Positions 21,521 to 31,465 of a stretch of 64,000 bases of DNA are shown piece by piece (the first letter of the stretch is position 1; each line of letters starts with the position of its first letter). Position numbers and translations under genes: made by a program. This DNA is from Bacteroidetes bacterium UBA6183 (GTDB lineage Bacteria; Bacteroidota; Bacteroidia; UKL13-3): assembly GCA_002422865.1 (NCBI GenBank), contig DITN01000094.1:12661-76660 (forward strand), in the 5' to 3' direction. A model generated the notes under the pieces. It worked only from the letters and a program-made list of their open reading frames with translations, made no database searches and was not told the DNA's origin.

Positions 21521-23025
21521 ATCTCAATCCCCACTTTTTTAAGGTTCTCTTTAATACGTTTCTGTAATTCTACTGATTCAGTAAAATGTAATTTCAGGTT
21601 GGTTGTTATCCCTTGTATTTTTTCCTCAAAGGAAACTCCATCGTCTTCTACATCTTCAGTACCTACATAACGTCCGGGTGTTAAAACAAAATTATTATCT
21701 TCAATATCCTTTAGTGTGGCCGATTTACAAAAACCTTGTATGTCTTCATATCCTCCATCTTTACTTCTCCACTTGTGGTATACTTCAGCAATTTTGCTTA
21801 TGTCATCATCGGTAAAGGCTTTGTTTTTTCTACTCACCAATGTACCAAATTTACGTGCATCAATAAATAGTATTTCGTTCTTACGTTTACGGTATTTACC
21901 ATTGGTTTTATTACGTGCCAAAAACCATAAACAAGCAGGTATTTGGGTATTAAAAAACAACTGTGTAGGTAGTGCAACCATACAATCAACCACACCATCC
22001 AAAATCATGTTTTTCCTAATCTCATTTTCTCCACCAGAGTTTGAGGTCATAGAACCATTGGCCAACACAATACCTGCAACACCACTAGGACTAAGTTTAT
22101 TTAAAACCAATTGTAACCAAGCATAGTTGGCGTTTCCGGCAGGTGGTACACCATATTTCCATAAGTGTGAATCCTGTAATGACTCGGCACCATAATCAGA
22201 AATATTGAAAGGGGGATTCATGATGGCGTAATCCACCTGAATGTCTTTGTGTCTATCGTTGTGTAAGGTATCGCCTAATTCAATTTTGGCATCAATACCC
22301 CTGATGGCTAGGTTCATTTTGGCTAGCTTGTAGGTGGTTGGGTTACTCTCTTGTCCATATACCGCTATATCCCCAATTTTACCTCCGTGAGCTTCCAAAA
22401 ATTTCTCACTTTGAACGAACATACCTCCAGACCCACAGCAGCCGTCATAGATACGGCCATTGTATGGTTCTAACATTTCAACTAGGAGTTTAACAATACT
22501 GTCTGGAGTATAAAATTGTCCGCCACGTTTACCTTCAGCATCAGCAAACATTCCTAAGAAATACTCGTACACTCTTCCCAACAGGTCTTTACTATTCTGA
22601 CCGGGTTCATTGAAACCAATGTTTCCAATTAGGTCAATTAACTCACCCAAACGTTTTTTATCAAGTGCCGGTCGAGCATAATCTTTTGGTAAAACACCTT
22701 TCAAATTGGGATTGTCCTTTTCAATGGCATCCATTGCATCGTCAATATCTTTACCAATGGTAGGGAGTTTGGCTCTTTCGTATTGAAGGTATTCCCAACG
22801 TGCAATGGTGGGTACGAAGAACACATTCTCTGCTAGGTATTCGTCCTTATCTTCCGGGTTTGATAGTGGGTCACTACTTAACTTGGTATGTAGTTCTTTA
22901 AAACTATCTGATATGTATTTCAAGAAAATCAATCCAAGTACTATGTGTTTGTACTCGGCAGCATCCATGTTATTACGTAATTTATCTGCTGTAGCCCAAA
23001 GGGTCTTTTCTAAATCTTTTACCAT
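21517..23025 (-). CDS. hsdM: Type I R-M N6-adenine DNA methyltransferase subunit (HsdM)
   Basis: 502 aa. Motif I '[11 protein letters not shown]' and motif IV 'NPPFN'. Confidence 0.9.
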   Translation of the reverse strand: MVKDLEKTLWATADKLRNNMDAAEYKHIVLGLIFLKYISDSFKELHTKLSSDPLSNPEDKDEYLAENVFFVPTIARWEYLQYERAKLPTIGKDIDDAMDAIEKDNPNLKGVLPKDYARPALDKKRLGELIDLIGNIGFNEPGQNSKDLLGRVYEYFLGMFADAEGKRGGQFYTPDSIVKLLVEMLEPYNGRIYDGCCGSGGMFVQSEKFLEAHGGKIGDIAVYGQESNPTTYKLAKMNLAIRGIDAKIELGDTLHNDRHKDIQVDYAIMNPPFNISDYGAESLQDSHLWKYGVPPAGNANYAWLQLVLNKLSPSGVAGIVLANGSMTSNSGGENEIRKNMILDGVVDCMVALPTQLFFNTQIPACLWFLARNKTNGKYRKRKNEILFIDARKFGTLVSRKNKAFTDDDISKIAEVYHKWRSKDGGYEDIQGFCKSATLKDIEDNNFVLTPGRYVGTEDVEDDGVSFEEKIQGITTNLKLHFTESVELQKRIKENLKKVGIEI

Positions 23026-23279
23026 TCTTGTGTTGGTTGTGGCTTGGTTAGTTGAGTATTCGGGTTAATTGGGTTTATACTAAAAATTTAATTCGGTTAA
23101 CACAGAATCAATTTTTTCGGAAAACTAGGTTTTTTAGAGATAAAATACACGTATTATCATCAAAAAAATTGAATCCGGGTTTGGATAAATACATTCACGC
23201 ACACAATCAGAATTTTTACCGATTCATCAAATAATGGTTTAAATTATTTAAGTTTATTTTACTTCCTTTACGAAAATAA

Positions 23280-23720
23280 ATGACACACAAAAAAACAATA
23301 GGATTGAAAATTTACCCGGTATCAACCGAAACGGAGTTGGATTTACAACTCATCGAAGGAGGGGTGTCAGCCGGATTCCCTTCACCTGCTAGTGATTTCT
23401 TAGATCAGGCAATTGACTTGAACAAACACCTTATAAAGAACCCATCAACTACATTTATTGCTGTAACTGATGGTAACTCCATGAAGGATGCAGGGATTAC
23501 GGATAAGGACTTATTGATTATTGACAAATCATTAAGACCAACTAACGGTAAAATTGCGGTATGTATTATTGATGGAGAATTTACGTTAAAACGACTGAAA
23601 GTAACCAGAGAGGGTATTTGGTTAGTTCCGGCTAACAATGAGTTTAAACCGACTAAAATTACCGAATTTAACGATTTTTCGATATGGGGTATAGTTACCT
23701 ATTCTATTCAAAAACACTAA
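23280..23720 (+). CDS. umuD: UmuD-like S24 peptidase (LexA/UmuD family)
   Basis: 146 aa. Ser nucleophile in 'DGNSM' and Lys in 'FTLKRLK'. Confidence 0.8.
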   Translation: MTHKKTIGLKIYPVSTETELDLQLIEGGVSAGFPSPASDFLDQAIDLNKHLIKNPSTTFIAVTDGNSMKDAGITDKDLLIIDKSLRPTNGKIAVCIIDGEFTLKRLKVTREGIWLVPANNEFKPTKITEFNDFSIWGIVTYSIQKH

Positions 23721-23723
23721 ACC

Positions 23724-24986
23724 ATGTTTGCACTAGTTGACTGCAATAATTTCTATGCATCTTGTGAAAGGGTTTTTCAACCAAAACTCAGGAACAAACC
23801 TATTGTTGTTCTATCAAACAATGATGGGTGCGTAATTGCACGAAGTAATGAGGCTAAGAAATTGGGTGTTCCAATGGGTGCAGTAGCGTTCGAATACAAG
23901 GAATTATTTGAAAAGAATAATATTCATGTTTTCTCAAGTAACTACGCGCTTTATGGTGATATGAGTAATAGGGTTATGACTTTGTTATCAGAATTTTCAC
24001 CTGATGTTGAAGTTTACAGTATTGATGAAGCTTTCTTAAAGCTTGAAGGGTTTGAAAAATATTTCGATTTCAACGAGTATGGTAAACAAATGAGGGAAAC
24101 TGTCACCACCGGAACAGGTATACCCATAAGTGTTGGTATTGCACCAACAAAATCATTGGCCAAGGTGGCCAATAAAATTGCCAAGAAATTTCCTGAACGT
24201 ACCGAAAATGTGTATGTGATGGATACTGAGGAAAAACGAATTAAGGCACTGAAATGGTTACCCGTGGAAGATGTATGGGGAGTTGGACGACAGCACAAAA
24301 TTAGACTGGAAAAATTGGGAGTAAAAACTGCTTATGATTTCACCTGTCAAACGGAAGAATGGGTAAAGAAAAACATGAGTGTGGTCGGTTTGAGGTTACA
24401 CAAAGAACTTAATGGTGAATCTTGTCTGGATATTGATATTCCTAGTGACAAGAAGAATATTGCAACAACAAGAAGTTTTGATTCAACCCACGAGGATATA
24501 GAATACCTGAAAGAAAGAGTAGTTACCTACGCCACCATTTGTGCAAAAAAGTTACGAAAACAAGGTTCGTGTGCAAACTCACTGATGGTGTTTGCACATA
24601 CCAATCGTTTCAGAGATGACTTACCTCAATACTCCAAAAGTTGTGTTATTAAACTACCATTCCCAACCAACTCAGATATAGAGATTGCAAGGTTTGCAGT
24701 ACAAGCCCTTGAGAAAATTTATAAGAAGGGTTATCAGTATAAAAAGGCGGGTGTAATTCTGATGGACTTTACCCCGGAGAGTAATATCCAAATTAATATG
24801 TTTGAAAACAGTAACCCAAAACATAAAATTGCAATGGGTGTACTTGATAAAATAAACGATGGTATTGGTAAGGTTACTGTTAAACTAGGTTCTCAGGATA
24901 AAGACCGAACTTGGAAAATGAGACAAGAGAAACTATCACCAAGGTACACCACCAGAATTAATGAACTTATAAAAATCAGATCATAA
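23724..24986 (+). CDS. umuC: Y-family translesion DNA polymerase (UmuC / Pol V catalytic subunit)
   Basis: 420 aa. N-terminal 'MFALVDCNNFYASCERVFQPKL...VVLSNNDGCVIARS' is typical of the UmuC/DinB family. It lies 3 nt after umuD. Confidence 0.85.
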   Translation: MFALVDCNNFYASCERVFQPKLRNKPIVVLSNNDGCVIARSNEAKKLGVPMGAVAFEYKELFEKNNIHVFSSNYALYGDMSNRVMTLLSEFSPDVEVYSIDEAFLKLEGFEKYFDFNEYGKQMRETVTTGTGIPISVGIAPTKSLAKVANKIAKKFPERTENVYVMDTEEKRIKALKWLPVEDVWGVGRQHKIRLEKLGVKTAYDFTCQTEEWVKKNMSVVGLRLHKELNGESCLDIDIPSDKKNIATTRSFDSTHEDIEYLKERVVTYATICAKKLRKQGSCANSLMVFAHTNRFRDDLPQYSKSCVIKLPFPTNSDIEIARFAVQALEKIYKKGYQYKKAGVILMDFTPESNIQINMFENSNPKHKIAMGVLDKINDGIGKVTVKLGSQDKDRTWKMRQEKLSPRYTTRINELIKIRS

Positions 24987-25597
24987 TGTGTTTTCATTCC
25001 AGACAAATTTCTAAACCGGAAACTCTCGAGCAACGTTTCGATGCCAAGTTCACCGAAAGCAACTACGAGGGTAAAGACAGGTTTATTGGTTTTTCATACC
25101 CACAAACCCCAGTAATCACCAATGTAAACGAACATACAATTGATTTATACCATTGGGGGTTGATTCCTTTCTGGGCCAAGGATGACAGTATCAGAAAAAA
25201 CACCTTGAATGCTAGAATTGAAACTCTGAGTGAAAAACCATCATTTAGGAATAGTATAAAAAACCGTTGTTTGATTTTGGTTGATGGATTTTACGAGTGG
25301 CAGTGGAAAGACCCGAAGGGAAAGGAAAAACAACAATACCTTATTACACTTGACAAGGACGAACCTTTTGCGTTTGCAGGTATATACTCAGATTGGGTTA
25401 ATAAGGAAACTGGTGAGGTCATAAAAACCTATTCAATCATCACAACTGAGGCCAATGAGTTAATGGCAGAGATACACAACAATAAAAAACGTATGCCTGT
25501 AATACTTACACCGGAAAACGAAAAGTTGTGGTTACACGGCACCGATGTAAATGAGTTTTTCAAACCTCAAGTTGATTTGAAGGCGTATGCGATTTAG
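24986..25597 (+). CDS. SOS response-associated peptidase (SRAP/YedK/HMCES family; abasic-site DNA-protein crosslink enzyme)
   Basis: 203 aa. It begins 'MC' (catalytic Cys2), with 'HWGLIPFWAKD' and 'RMPVIL' signature motifs. Its start overlaps the umuC stop. Confidence 0.75.
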   Translation: MCFHSRQISKPETLEQRFDAKFTESNYEGKDRFIGFSYPQTPVITNVNEHTIDLYHWGLIPFWAKDDSIRKNTLNARIETLSEKPSFRNSIKNRCLILVDGFYEWQWKDPKGKEKQQYLITLDKDEPFAFAGIYSDWVNKETGEVIKTYSIITTEANELMAEIHNNKKRMPVILTPENEKLWLHGTDVNEFFKPQVDLKAYAI

Positions 25598-25636
25598 TTT
25601 TAAGGAATTTGAAATTCTTCAACTTAAATTTTAATA

Positions 25637-26395
25637 ATGGAAATACAATTATTCGAAGAAGACAAAAGAAACGATTTTGTCGACTTAACACCTTATCTCA
25701 TACCTGAAACAGTAAAACTTATTGATGAAATCGAGTCAAAAATAGGACGAAAGGTACATCTTAGGAAGGTATATGATCCATTGGAATGTTGGCAGATAAG
25801 AAAGTCAGACCCAATGCATATTGATATGCCTGTTCATCAAGAAGGAGACATAATATCCTTTACACACGAGTTGCTTCATATTTATTTCGATTTTGTGCTT
25901 GGGATGAGGGTAAGTGATTTTCAAGTACTAAACTTTACTAATCCCTATAATGACACATATTCCGATCCGTGGTTACTTTCTGGTAGTTTTATAAGTATGA
26001 TAAACAATCTTCAACATCATAAGATGATACCATACTTTGAATCGTTTAATTTCCCTCGTGAAAGAATCGTTTTAAACTACTCTAATCCAATTGAGGTTTA
26101 TGAATCGTTGGAGCAGTTTATTAGGCGTGATATTAATTATGATATTCCTGTTGAAAGATATCATTACTCACTATTCTGTGCGGATTATTTAATCATGGAA
26201 TATTATGTCCCGAATCCATTGGTAAGGGAGAAACTTAAAACAGAATTTTCTGAAAAAATTGATAAGAAACTAGTTGGATTGAGGAGTCAATTCCAACCTA
26301 TCATTGAAAAGTGGGATAGTGATTATAATAACCTGAAAGAGTTACTATCAGAAATTAATTTTACGGCACACAAGTTTGCCGAAGACTTAAAATGA
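25637..26395 (+). CDS. Hypothetical protein with HExxH motif (possible zinc metallopeptidase, ImmA/IrrE-like?)
   Basis: 252 aa with 'FTHELLHIYFD'. Confidence 0.4.
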   Translation: MEIQLFEEDKRNDFVDLTPYLIPETVKLIDEIESKIGRKVHLRKVYDPLECWQIRKSDPMHIDMPVHQEGDIISFTHELLHIYFDFVLGMRVSDFQVLNFTNPYNDTYSDPWLLSGSFISMINNLQHHKMIPYFESFNFPRERIVLNYSNPIEVYESLEQFIRRDINYDIPVERYHYSLFCADYLIMEYYVPNPLVREKLKTEFSEKIDKKLVGLRSQFQPIIEKWDSDYNNLKELLSEINFTAHKFAEDLK

Positions 26396-26424
26396 ATCAC
26401 TTTAGGTTCTAAATAATTGTTTTC

Positions 26425-26631
26425 CTATAAAGGGTTAATTTCCTTCAAAAACAAACTCCAAACATAACCTCTGGCAACAGCAGTAGTCATGAAATAGGAG
26501 TTAGGTTGTACCAAATCATGAGGGTCGATTGACTTCAGTTTTTCAATATGAATTTTAAACTCGGGTCTAATTACTGTTTCGATTTCTTCAACATATACAG
26601 TGTAGTTATTTACAAACTCTATTGCATCCAT
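26425..26631 (-). CDS. Small hypothetical protein (68 aa)
   Basis: ORF only. Confidence 0.3.
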   Translation of the reverse strand: MDAIEFVNNYTVYVEEIETVIRPEFKIHIEKLKSIDPHDLVQPNSYFMTTAVARGYVWSLFLKEINPL

Positions 26632-26872
26632 TGTGCTAAGATGTTTGATTTAGTTTATACTGCCTAATAGTTTTTTAATCGTTTTAACACGATTTCAGTG
26701 TTTAATTGAAGTCAGAGTTGATTCGGAATTAAAAATCGACTGGAGGTACCCCAGAACGACCCAGAATTGATTTTTGGTTTCGGTAAATTGAAAGAGTAGA
26801 TTCATTATTTCATTACAACTAGATAGAAATAAAAACTAATCGTTATTAACCCTCAGCAATTAGAACTGGATA

Positions 26873-27382
26873 TTAATTTTTGAGTCCTAAAATTCGAAGA
26901 ATTTCATCAAATATCCTTTCACCATCATAGAATAGTTTAGTGCGGTTTTTAACATTATCCTCCATCTTCGGAATCAGTCTCTCATATTCTGATATTAGAA
27001 CTTCAATCTTCACAATTTGTGAGTCAGTAAATTTATTTTGTTGCTTGGAACCAATCTTAATCTCTAAATCTTCGGAAATTTTATTTAGTCTTTCATAGTT
27101 AGTTGTGAATAAGACCCATGAACTAATTTCATTACTGATTTTCTTAGCATTTTCAATGAGTTCATCCCAAAATGGATCTATTGGATGTGGTTTACCTTCG
27201 ATTTCGTCAAGATATGGCTGTAAAGCTCGTTTATGATTGTTTAACACGCGTGTCTTTTGAGCAAGTCCGTTATGCTCATTAATTACTGAATCGTATCTTT
27301 TGTGAAGTACAATTAATTCATCTAGGCCATTAAAAAATTCCTTTAGATCCTCCATTTTATCCTGATTTTTAAAGAAAACCAC
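26873..27382 (-). CDS. Hypothetical protein (169 aa)
   Basis: ORF only, helical-looking. It shares the upstream 20-bp motif with the previous gene. Confidence 0.4.
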   Translation of the reverse strand: MVFFKNQDKMEDLKEFFNGLDELIVLHKRYDSVINEHNGLAQKTRVLNNHKRALQPYLDEIEGKPHPIDPFWDELIENAKKISNEISSWVLFTTNYERLNKISEDLEIKIGSKQQNKFTDSQIVKIEVLISEYERLIPKMEDNVKNRTKLFYDGERIFDEILRILGLKN

Positions 27383-27484
27383 TGCAAATGGAGTGCCAGA
27401 AACCCTAAATTTCTTTATACTTAATACCAGAGCGGTTATTTTATTCGGTTTCGGTAAATTGACAGATTTTGGAATTGCACAAAA

Positions 27485-27505
27485 AAGCCCCCAAAGTGGG
27501 GGCTT
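27485..27505 (-). terminator. Rho-independent terminator (AAGCCCCC-aaagt-GGGGGCTT + T-run on minus sense)
   Basis: Perfect 8-bp stem immediately downstream of the stop of gene 27527-28585. Confidence 0.6.
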
Positions 27506-27526
27506 AGTTTGATTATTTTATACTGG

Positions 27527-28585
27527 TTATTGGAGCAATATTTTCCTTATGTCAACAATATTACCACTGTTGTCTATTAGTTGGAGGAAATATATACCAT
27601 TACCACCCCAAGCAGTAATGTCAATGTTAAACTGCTGTTGGTTGATGTTACTTTGAAATACTTGTTGTCCCAAAGAGTTCATGATCTTAATTGAGTAACC
27701 AGTCATCTTTGATAGATTACCATTGTCAATTGTGATCTTGTCTTTCGTTGGGTTTGGATAAACTTTCAATGTGTTTTCAAATGTAATTGGGTTGTATCCT
27801 GTTCTATTCACATTTATAACCAAGGTGTCAGTTACACTGATTCTATCGACACATAAATTAGCGTTATAAAGTCCTTTTATTTCTGATTCTGTTAATGCAC
27901 GGTTCCAGATTCCGATGTCATCAACTAAACCATTTAAAAATCTGTTCGGAGTTCCCAAACCATTGTCACACCCAAAATATAATGGATTGGTACTATTACA
28001 AACTGTTGAACTAATATTATTTGAGTCTTTTAACACCCCATTTACAAATAATTTAGCACCATTTGAGCTTCTTACTATTGTAAAATGTATCCACTTAAGT
28101 GAATCAATATTACCTCCAATTAAAGAGTTTTGAGGATACATTTGAAAATCACGAGTTACAACAACTAATTCCTTAGAAGAACTGATAAAAACGGCATAAT
28201 CGTCACTGCTATTGTTACAGTTTTTATTCCCATACCATTTAGTTACAACTCCACTTAATAAATTTTGATTATTTGGAAATCTGTTTACATACAACCATCC
28301 TGAAATAGAAAACTCTGTTGGGCTTGATATATTTGGGCTGTTTGATATCGTAATGTATTTGTTTTGACCTGTTTCAACAGAGGTGTTATTTCCAAATCTA
28401 TCAGTCGATAAAACTGAACCATTTAATATCCCATTATTACCATTACCACTAATGTCATTTGCGTTACCATTGAATGGCCACCATCCAACTAATCCATTTG
28501 TTGGTACGTATGATGGAACATTTTGAGAGAAAACAGTGTTGGAGAAAATTGTAATTCCAATTAGTATTGTTATAAAGTATTTCAT
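27527..28585 (-). CDS. Secreted LamG/concanavalin-like lectin-domain protein with T9SS C-terminal sorting domain
   Basis: 352 aa. Signal peptide, 'YVPTNGLVGWWPFNGNANDISGNGNNG' (LamG), and a C-terminal 'KVYPNPTKDKITIDNG...GIYFLQLID...KILLQ' (Por_Secre_tail hallmark YPNP). Confidence 0.8.
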   Translation of the reverse strand: MKYFITILIGITIFSNTVFSQNVPSYVPTNGLVGWWPFNGNANDISGNGNNGILNGSVLSTDRFGNNTSVETGQNKYITISNSPNISSPTEFSISGWLYVNRFPNNQNLLSGVVTKWYGNKNCNNSSDDYAVFISSSKELVVVTRDFQMYPQNSLIGGNIDSLKWIHFTIVRSSNGAKLFVNGVLKDSNNISSTVCNSTNPLYFGCDNGLGTPNRFLNGLVDDIGIWNRALTESEIKGLYNANLCVDRISVTDTLVINVNRTGYNPITFENTLKVYPNPTKDKITIDNGNLSKMTGYSIKIMNSLGQQVFQSNINQQQFNIDITAWGGNGIYFLQLIDNSGNIVDIRKILLQ

Positions 28586-28611
28586 ATCGATGAGTTATTA
28601 TTATTTGACTG

Positions 28612-29649
28612 TTACTGAAGAAGGATTTTTCTAAATTCAACAGTGTTTCCAGTTTTATCCATCAGATGTAAATAGTAAATACCATTACCACCCCAAGCAG
28701 TTATGTCAATATCGAATTGTTGTTGATTGATATTACCTTGAAATACCTGTTGTCCCAATGAGTTCATAATCTTAATTGAATAACCAGTCATCTTTGATAG
28801 ATTACCATTGTCAATTGTAATTTTATCTTTGGTTGGGTTTGGATAAACTTTCAACGTGTTTTCAAATGTAATTGGGTTGTATCCTGTTCGATTTACATTT
28901 ATGATAAGTGTATCAGTTACCGCAATAGATTGAAAACAAAGACTTGCGTTATAAAGTCTTTTTATTTCTGATTCTGTTAATGCACGGTTCCAGATTCCGA
29001 TGTCATCTAACTTTGAGTTAATATGATCAAACATGTTTGTTCCCGCATATCTTGCACCAAAGGTTAGATTTGCTGTATTGTTGATGTTATGGATAACCGA
29101 GGTAGTATCGGTAAAATGTAGATTACCATTGATATAAATTTTAATGATATTTCCTGTTCGAGACAGTACATAACTTTTCCAATTATTTAAAAGATTTGAA
29201 CTTGATCGATAACTATAGTAATCTGACATCAAGTTTTGATTTAGTTCTAAGGATGGTGCATTTCCCCAAGACATTGAGAAAAAGTTTCCATATCCTATAT
29301 CTTTTCTTTTGGAAATCAATGTTCCGCCATTTATAGAGTCTACGTCTTTAACCCAACAAGAAATAGTAAAGTTACTATTTTGAAAATTCCCAACTGTATT
29401 GTTAATGTATATAAAGTTATTTGTTCCATTAAAACTATATGCCGTTGCTGAATTATCAAATCTATCACCAGTCAATGTGGCCCCAATCACCGTACCATTA
29501 TTCCCATTACCACTTTCATCATTAGCATTACCATTAAATGGCCACCAACCCACCAGTCCATTTGTTGGAACGTAGGTAGGAAGATTTTGTGCTTGCGAGT
29601 AGTTTAACCAACCAAACACAAGGATTAATTTTATAATAAATTTGTTCAT
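28612..29649 (-). CDS. Secreted LamG-like protein with T9SS C-terminal domain, paralogue of 27527-28585
   Basis: 345 aa. Same N-terminal LamG motif. The 3' ~330 nt (28660-28990) is ~90-95% identical in nucleotide sequence to 27575-27905. Confidence 0.8.
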   Translation of the reverse strand: MNKFIIKLILVFGWLNYSQAQNLPTYVPTNGLVGWWPFNGNANDESGNGNNGTVIGATLTGDRFDNSATAYSFNGTNNFIYINNTVGNFQNSNFTISCWVKDVDSINGGTLISKRKDIGYGNFFSMSWGNAPSLELNQNLMSDYYSYRSSSNLLNNWKSYVLSRTGNIIKIYINGNLHFTDTTSVIHNINNTANLTFGARYAGTNMFDHINSKLDDIGIWNRALTESEIKRLYNASLCFQSIAVTDTLIINVNRTGYNPITFENTLKVYPNPTKDKITIDNGNLSKMTGYSIKIMNSLGQQVFQGNINQQQFDIDITAWGGNGIYYLHLMDKTGNTVEFRKILLQ

Positions 29650-29692
29650 TTTGTTTTAAGTTTTGATGGACATGTACCGATTAAAATAATAT

Positions 29693-29715
29693 CCCCTATT
29701 TTAATCAAATAGGGG
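29693..29715 (-). terminator. Hairpin CCCCTATTT-taatca-AAATAGGGG downstream of the lipoprotein gene
   Basis: 9-bp perfect stem followed by T-rich sequence in minus sense. Confidence 0.5.
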
Positions 29716-29748
29716 AGACATTGTATTTTGACTATTTATTCTAATTAC

Positions 29749-30258
29749 TTATTTGGATGTAAAACTAAAATCGCCCTTTGCAACAATTGAATTGTTCTTT
29801 TTGACATTGAAAGTTCCAACAATTTCACCGGGTACTGAATACTTTGTAAAGGTTATTTCAGCATAGTCGTATGATAAGTCATTACCATTTATCATTGCAG
29901 AAAATCCAAAATCATCTTGGTTGTTCATCCAATTACCACTTGATGTGTATTTCTTATTGATTTTTACGTTTTTGCCAATCTTATCTGATGGCCAAATATC
30001 AAGTGTTGCGTCATTATTGGTGTCAAAATAAACAAACAACATTGCTCTATTTGTTGATTGAAACGAAAATGTATTGTTAGAGTTTGGGATTGGATCATTT
30101 GTAAATGTTGCTTTTAGTTTAGACCCATTTGTAATTTCTAAATTGAATGTTCCACTATTTGAGGCAGTGGTGGTTTCTTCTTTTTTGCAACCAATGAATA
30201 ACGATCCAATTAACAACAATGTCAATAATTGAACTCTAATCTTTAGAATATTTTTCAT
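29749..30258 (-). CDS. Lipoprotein (169 aa)
   Basis: Signal peptide with lipobox 'LFIGC'. Confidence 0.6.
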   Translation of the reverse strand: MKNILKIRVQLLTLLLIGSLFIGCKKEETTTASNSGTFNLEITNGSKLKATFTNDPIPNSNNTFSFQSTNRAMLFVYFDTNNDATLDIWPSDKIGKNVKINKKYTSSGNWMNNQDDFGFSAMINGNDLSYDYAEITFTKYSVPGEIVGTFNVKKNNSIVAKGDFSFTSK

Positions 30259-30269
30259 TAAAATAAGGA

Positions 30270-30794
30270 TTAAAATTTAAAGAATACTCCTGCATTTACA
30301 CCAAAAGCTGATGTAGACTCCACTTCAGTAAATATGTAATGATATTTAACATTTGCGTTTACTCCGAAGTTGTCTGTAATACTGTAATTAGCCCCTAAAA
30401 TCGATGCCATTCCAAAATTACTTGTTGATAATGATGCACCATCCCCAGAAATTCCAATTCTGTAAATTCCTAAATCGGCACCGAAATACGGACTAAAATC
30501 ATTATCAGTAAAGCTATACTCTATAGAACCAGTTATTGGCATAATAAAAGAGGTTAACTCATCTCCCATAAAGTCATATGTCTTTGAATAATACCCGAAA
30601 TTAACACCAGTCCTAATTTTCTCATTTATGTCATACCTTCCAGACAGACTAAATCCTAAATGGGCATCAGAGCCTTCGGCTGTTGGTTTAAATAGACCCA
30701 AATTTAAACCTGCTGAGATTTGTGCGTTTGAAATGGTCGAGCATAATAGACAGAATACCAAAATGCTTAGTTGATTAATAGTTGTTTTTTTCAT
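30270..30794 (-). CDS. Outer-membrane beta-barrel protein (OmpA-like N-terminal barrel/PF13505-type, 174 aa)
   Basis: Signal peptide, alternating amphipathic beta-strands rich in Gly/aromatic residues, and a C-terminal 'FFKF'. Confidence 0.6.
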   Translation of the reverse strand: MKKTTINQLSILVFCLLCSTISNAQISAGLNLGLFKPTAEGSDAHLGFSLSGRYDINEKIRTGVNFGYYSKTYDFMGDELTSFIMPITGSIEYSFTDNDFSPYFGADLGIYRIGISGDGASLSTSNFGMASILGANYSITDNFGVNANVKYHYIFTEVESTSAFGVNAGVFFKF

Positions 30795-30975
30795 GATTAA
30801 TAAATTTAATGATTGTACCTACTCGTTTGGATTTTCGGTTAACGTCCCCCGTTTATACCTTTGGGTAAGGCCGTTTATTAATGTGGGTTCTGGACTCCAC
30901 AGTAATAGGTTTCGTCATCATTAGATTTTGGGCTTAAAAATTCTTTGCAACATAATTTTGTTATTTTTTAAAATA

Positions 30976-30990
30976 GTACTATGTTAGTAC
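30976..30990. promoter_or_regulatory. Perfect 15-bp palindrome GTACTA-TGT-TAGTAC 24 bp upstream of the XRE regulator start, with additional AGTAC half-sites at 31007-31012
   Basis: Seen directly in the sequence. This is a candidate autoregulatory operator. Confidence 0.4.
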
Positions 30991-31013
30991 CGTAATAATA
31001 CTTACACAGTACC

Positions 31014-31418
31014 ATGAAAATGTTAGAGTTTGAATCAATCTCGGATAGATTAAAGAAAATTCGAATTGAAAAGAATGTAAGTCAAGATTTTCTGGCCAAG
31101 AAAATTGGCATAACACAGAAGGCATATTCAAAAATTGAAAACAATGAGACTAAACTCAATGTTGAGGTACTCCAAAAAATATCAGATATATTAGAAGTTC
31201 CTGTTGAATCATTTTTTAAAGGTTCAAGTTCACCTGTTTTAAATGACTTCAGTAACCGTTCAGGCGGAGACAATGTGGTGTATAAGAATGGATCTGTTGA
31301 AAAGGTAGAGGAGTTGTATGAGAAAATTCTCAAAGCAAAGGATCAGGTGATACAATCCAAAACTGATGAAGTGGAAACCTTAAAGTTGGTAATTAAAAAG
31401 ATAAAAGAGGTAAAGTAA
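31014..31418 (+). CDS. XRE-family (Cro/CI-type) HTH transcriptional regulator
   Basis: 134 aa with 'VSQDFLAKKIGITQKAYSKIENNETKLNVEVLQKISDILEV'. Confidence 0.8.
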   Translation: MKMLEFESISDRLKKIRIEKNVSQDFLAKKIGITQKAYSKIENNETKLNVEVLQKISDILEVPVESFFKGSSSPVLNDFSNRSGGDNVVYKNGSVEKVEELYEKILKAKDQVIQSKTDEVETLKLVIKKIKEVK

Positions 31419-31465
31419 TCTTGATTTCGGTTATTCTACCGATTCTAATAATAGTTTAACTAATT

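Noticed and set aside
14790-23025. hsdS shufflon (phase-variable type I specificity)
   Set aside because: There is only one hsdS, and no inverted partial TRD copies or inverted-repeat pairs flank it. The recombinase association is noted as a finding rather than called as a shufflon
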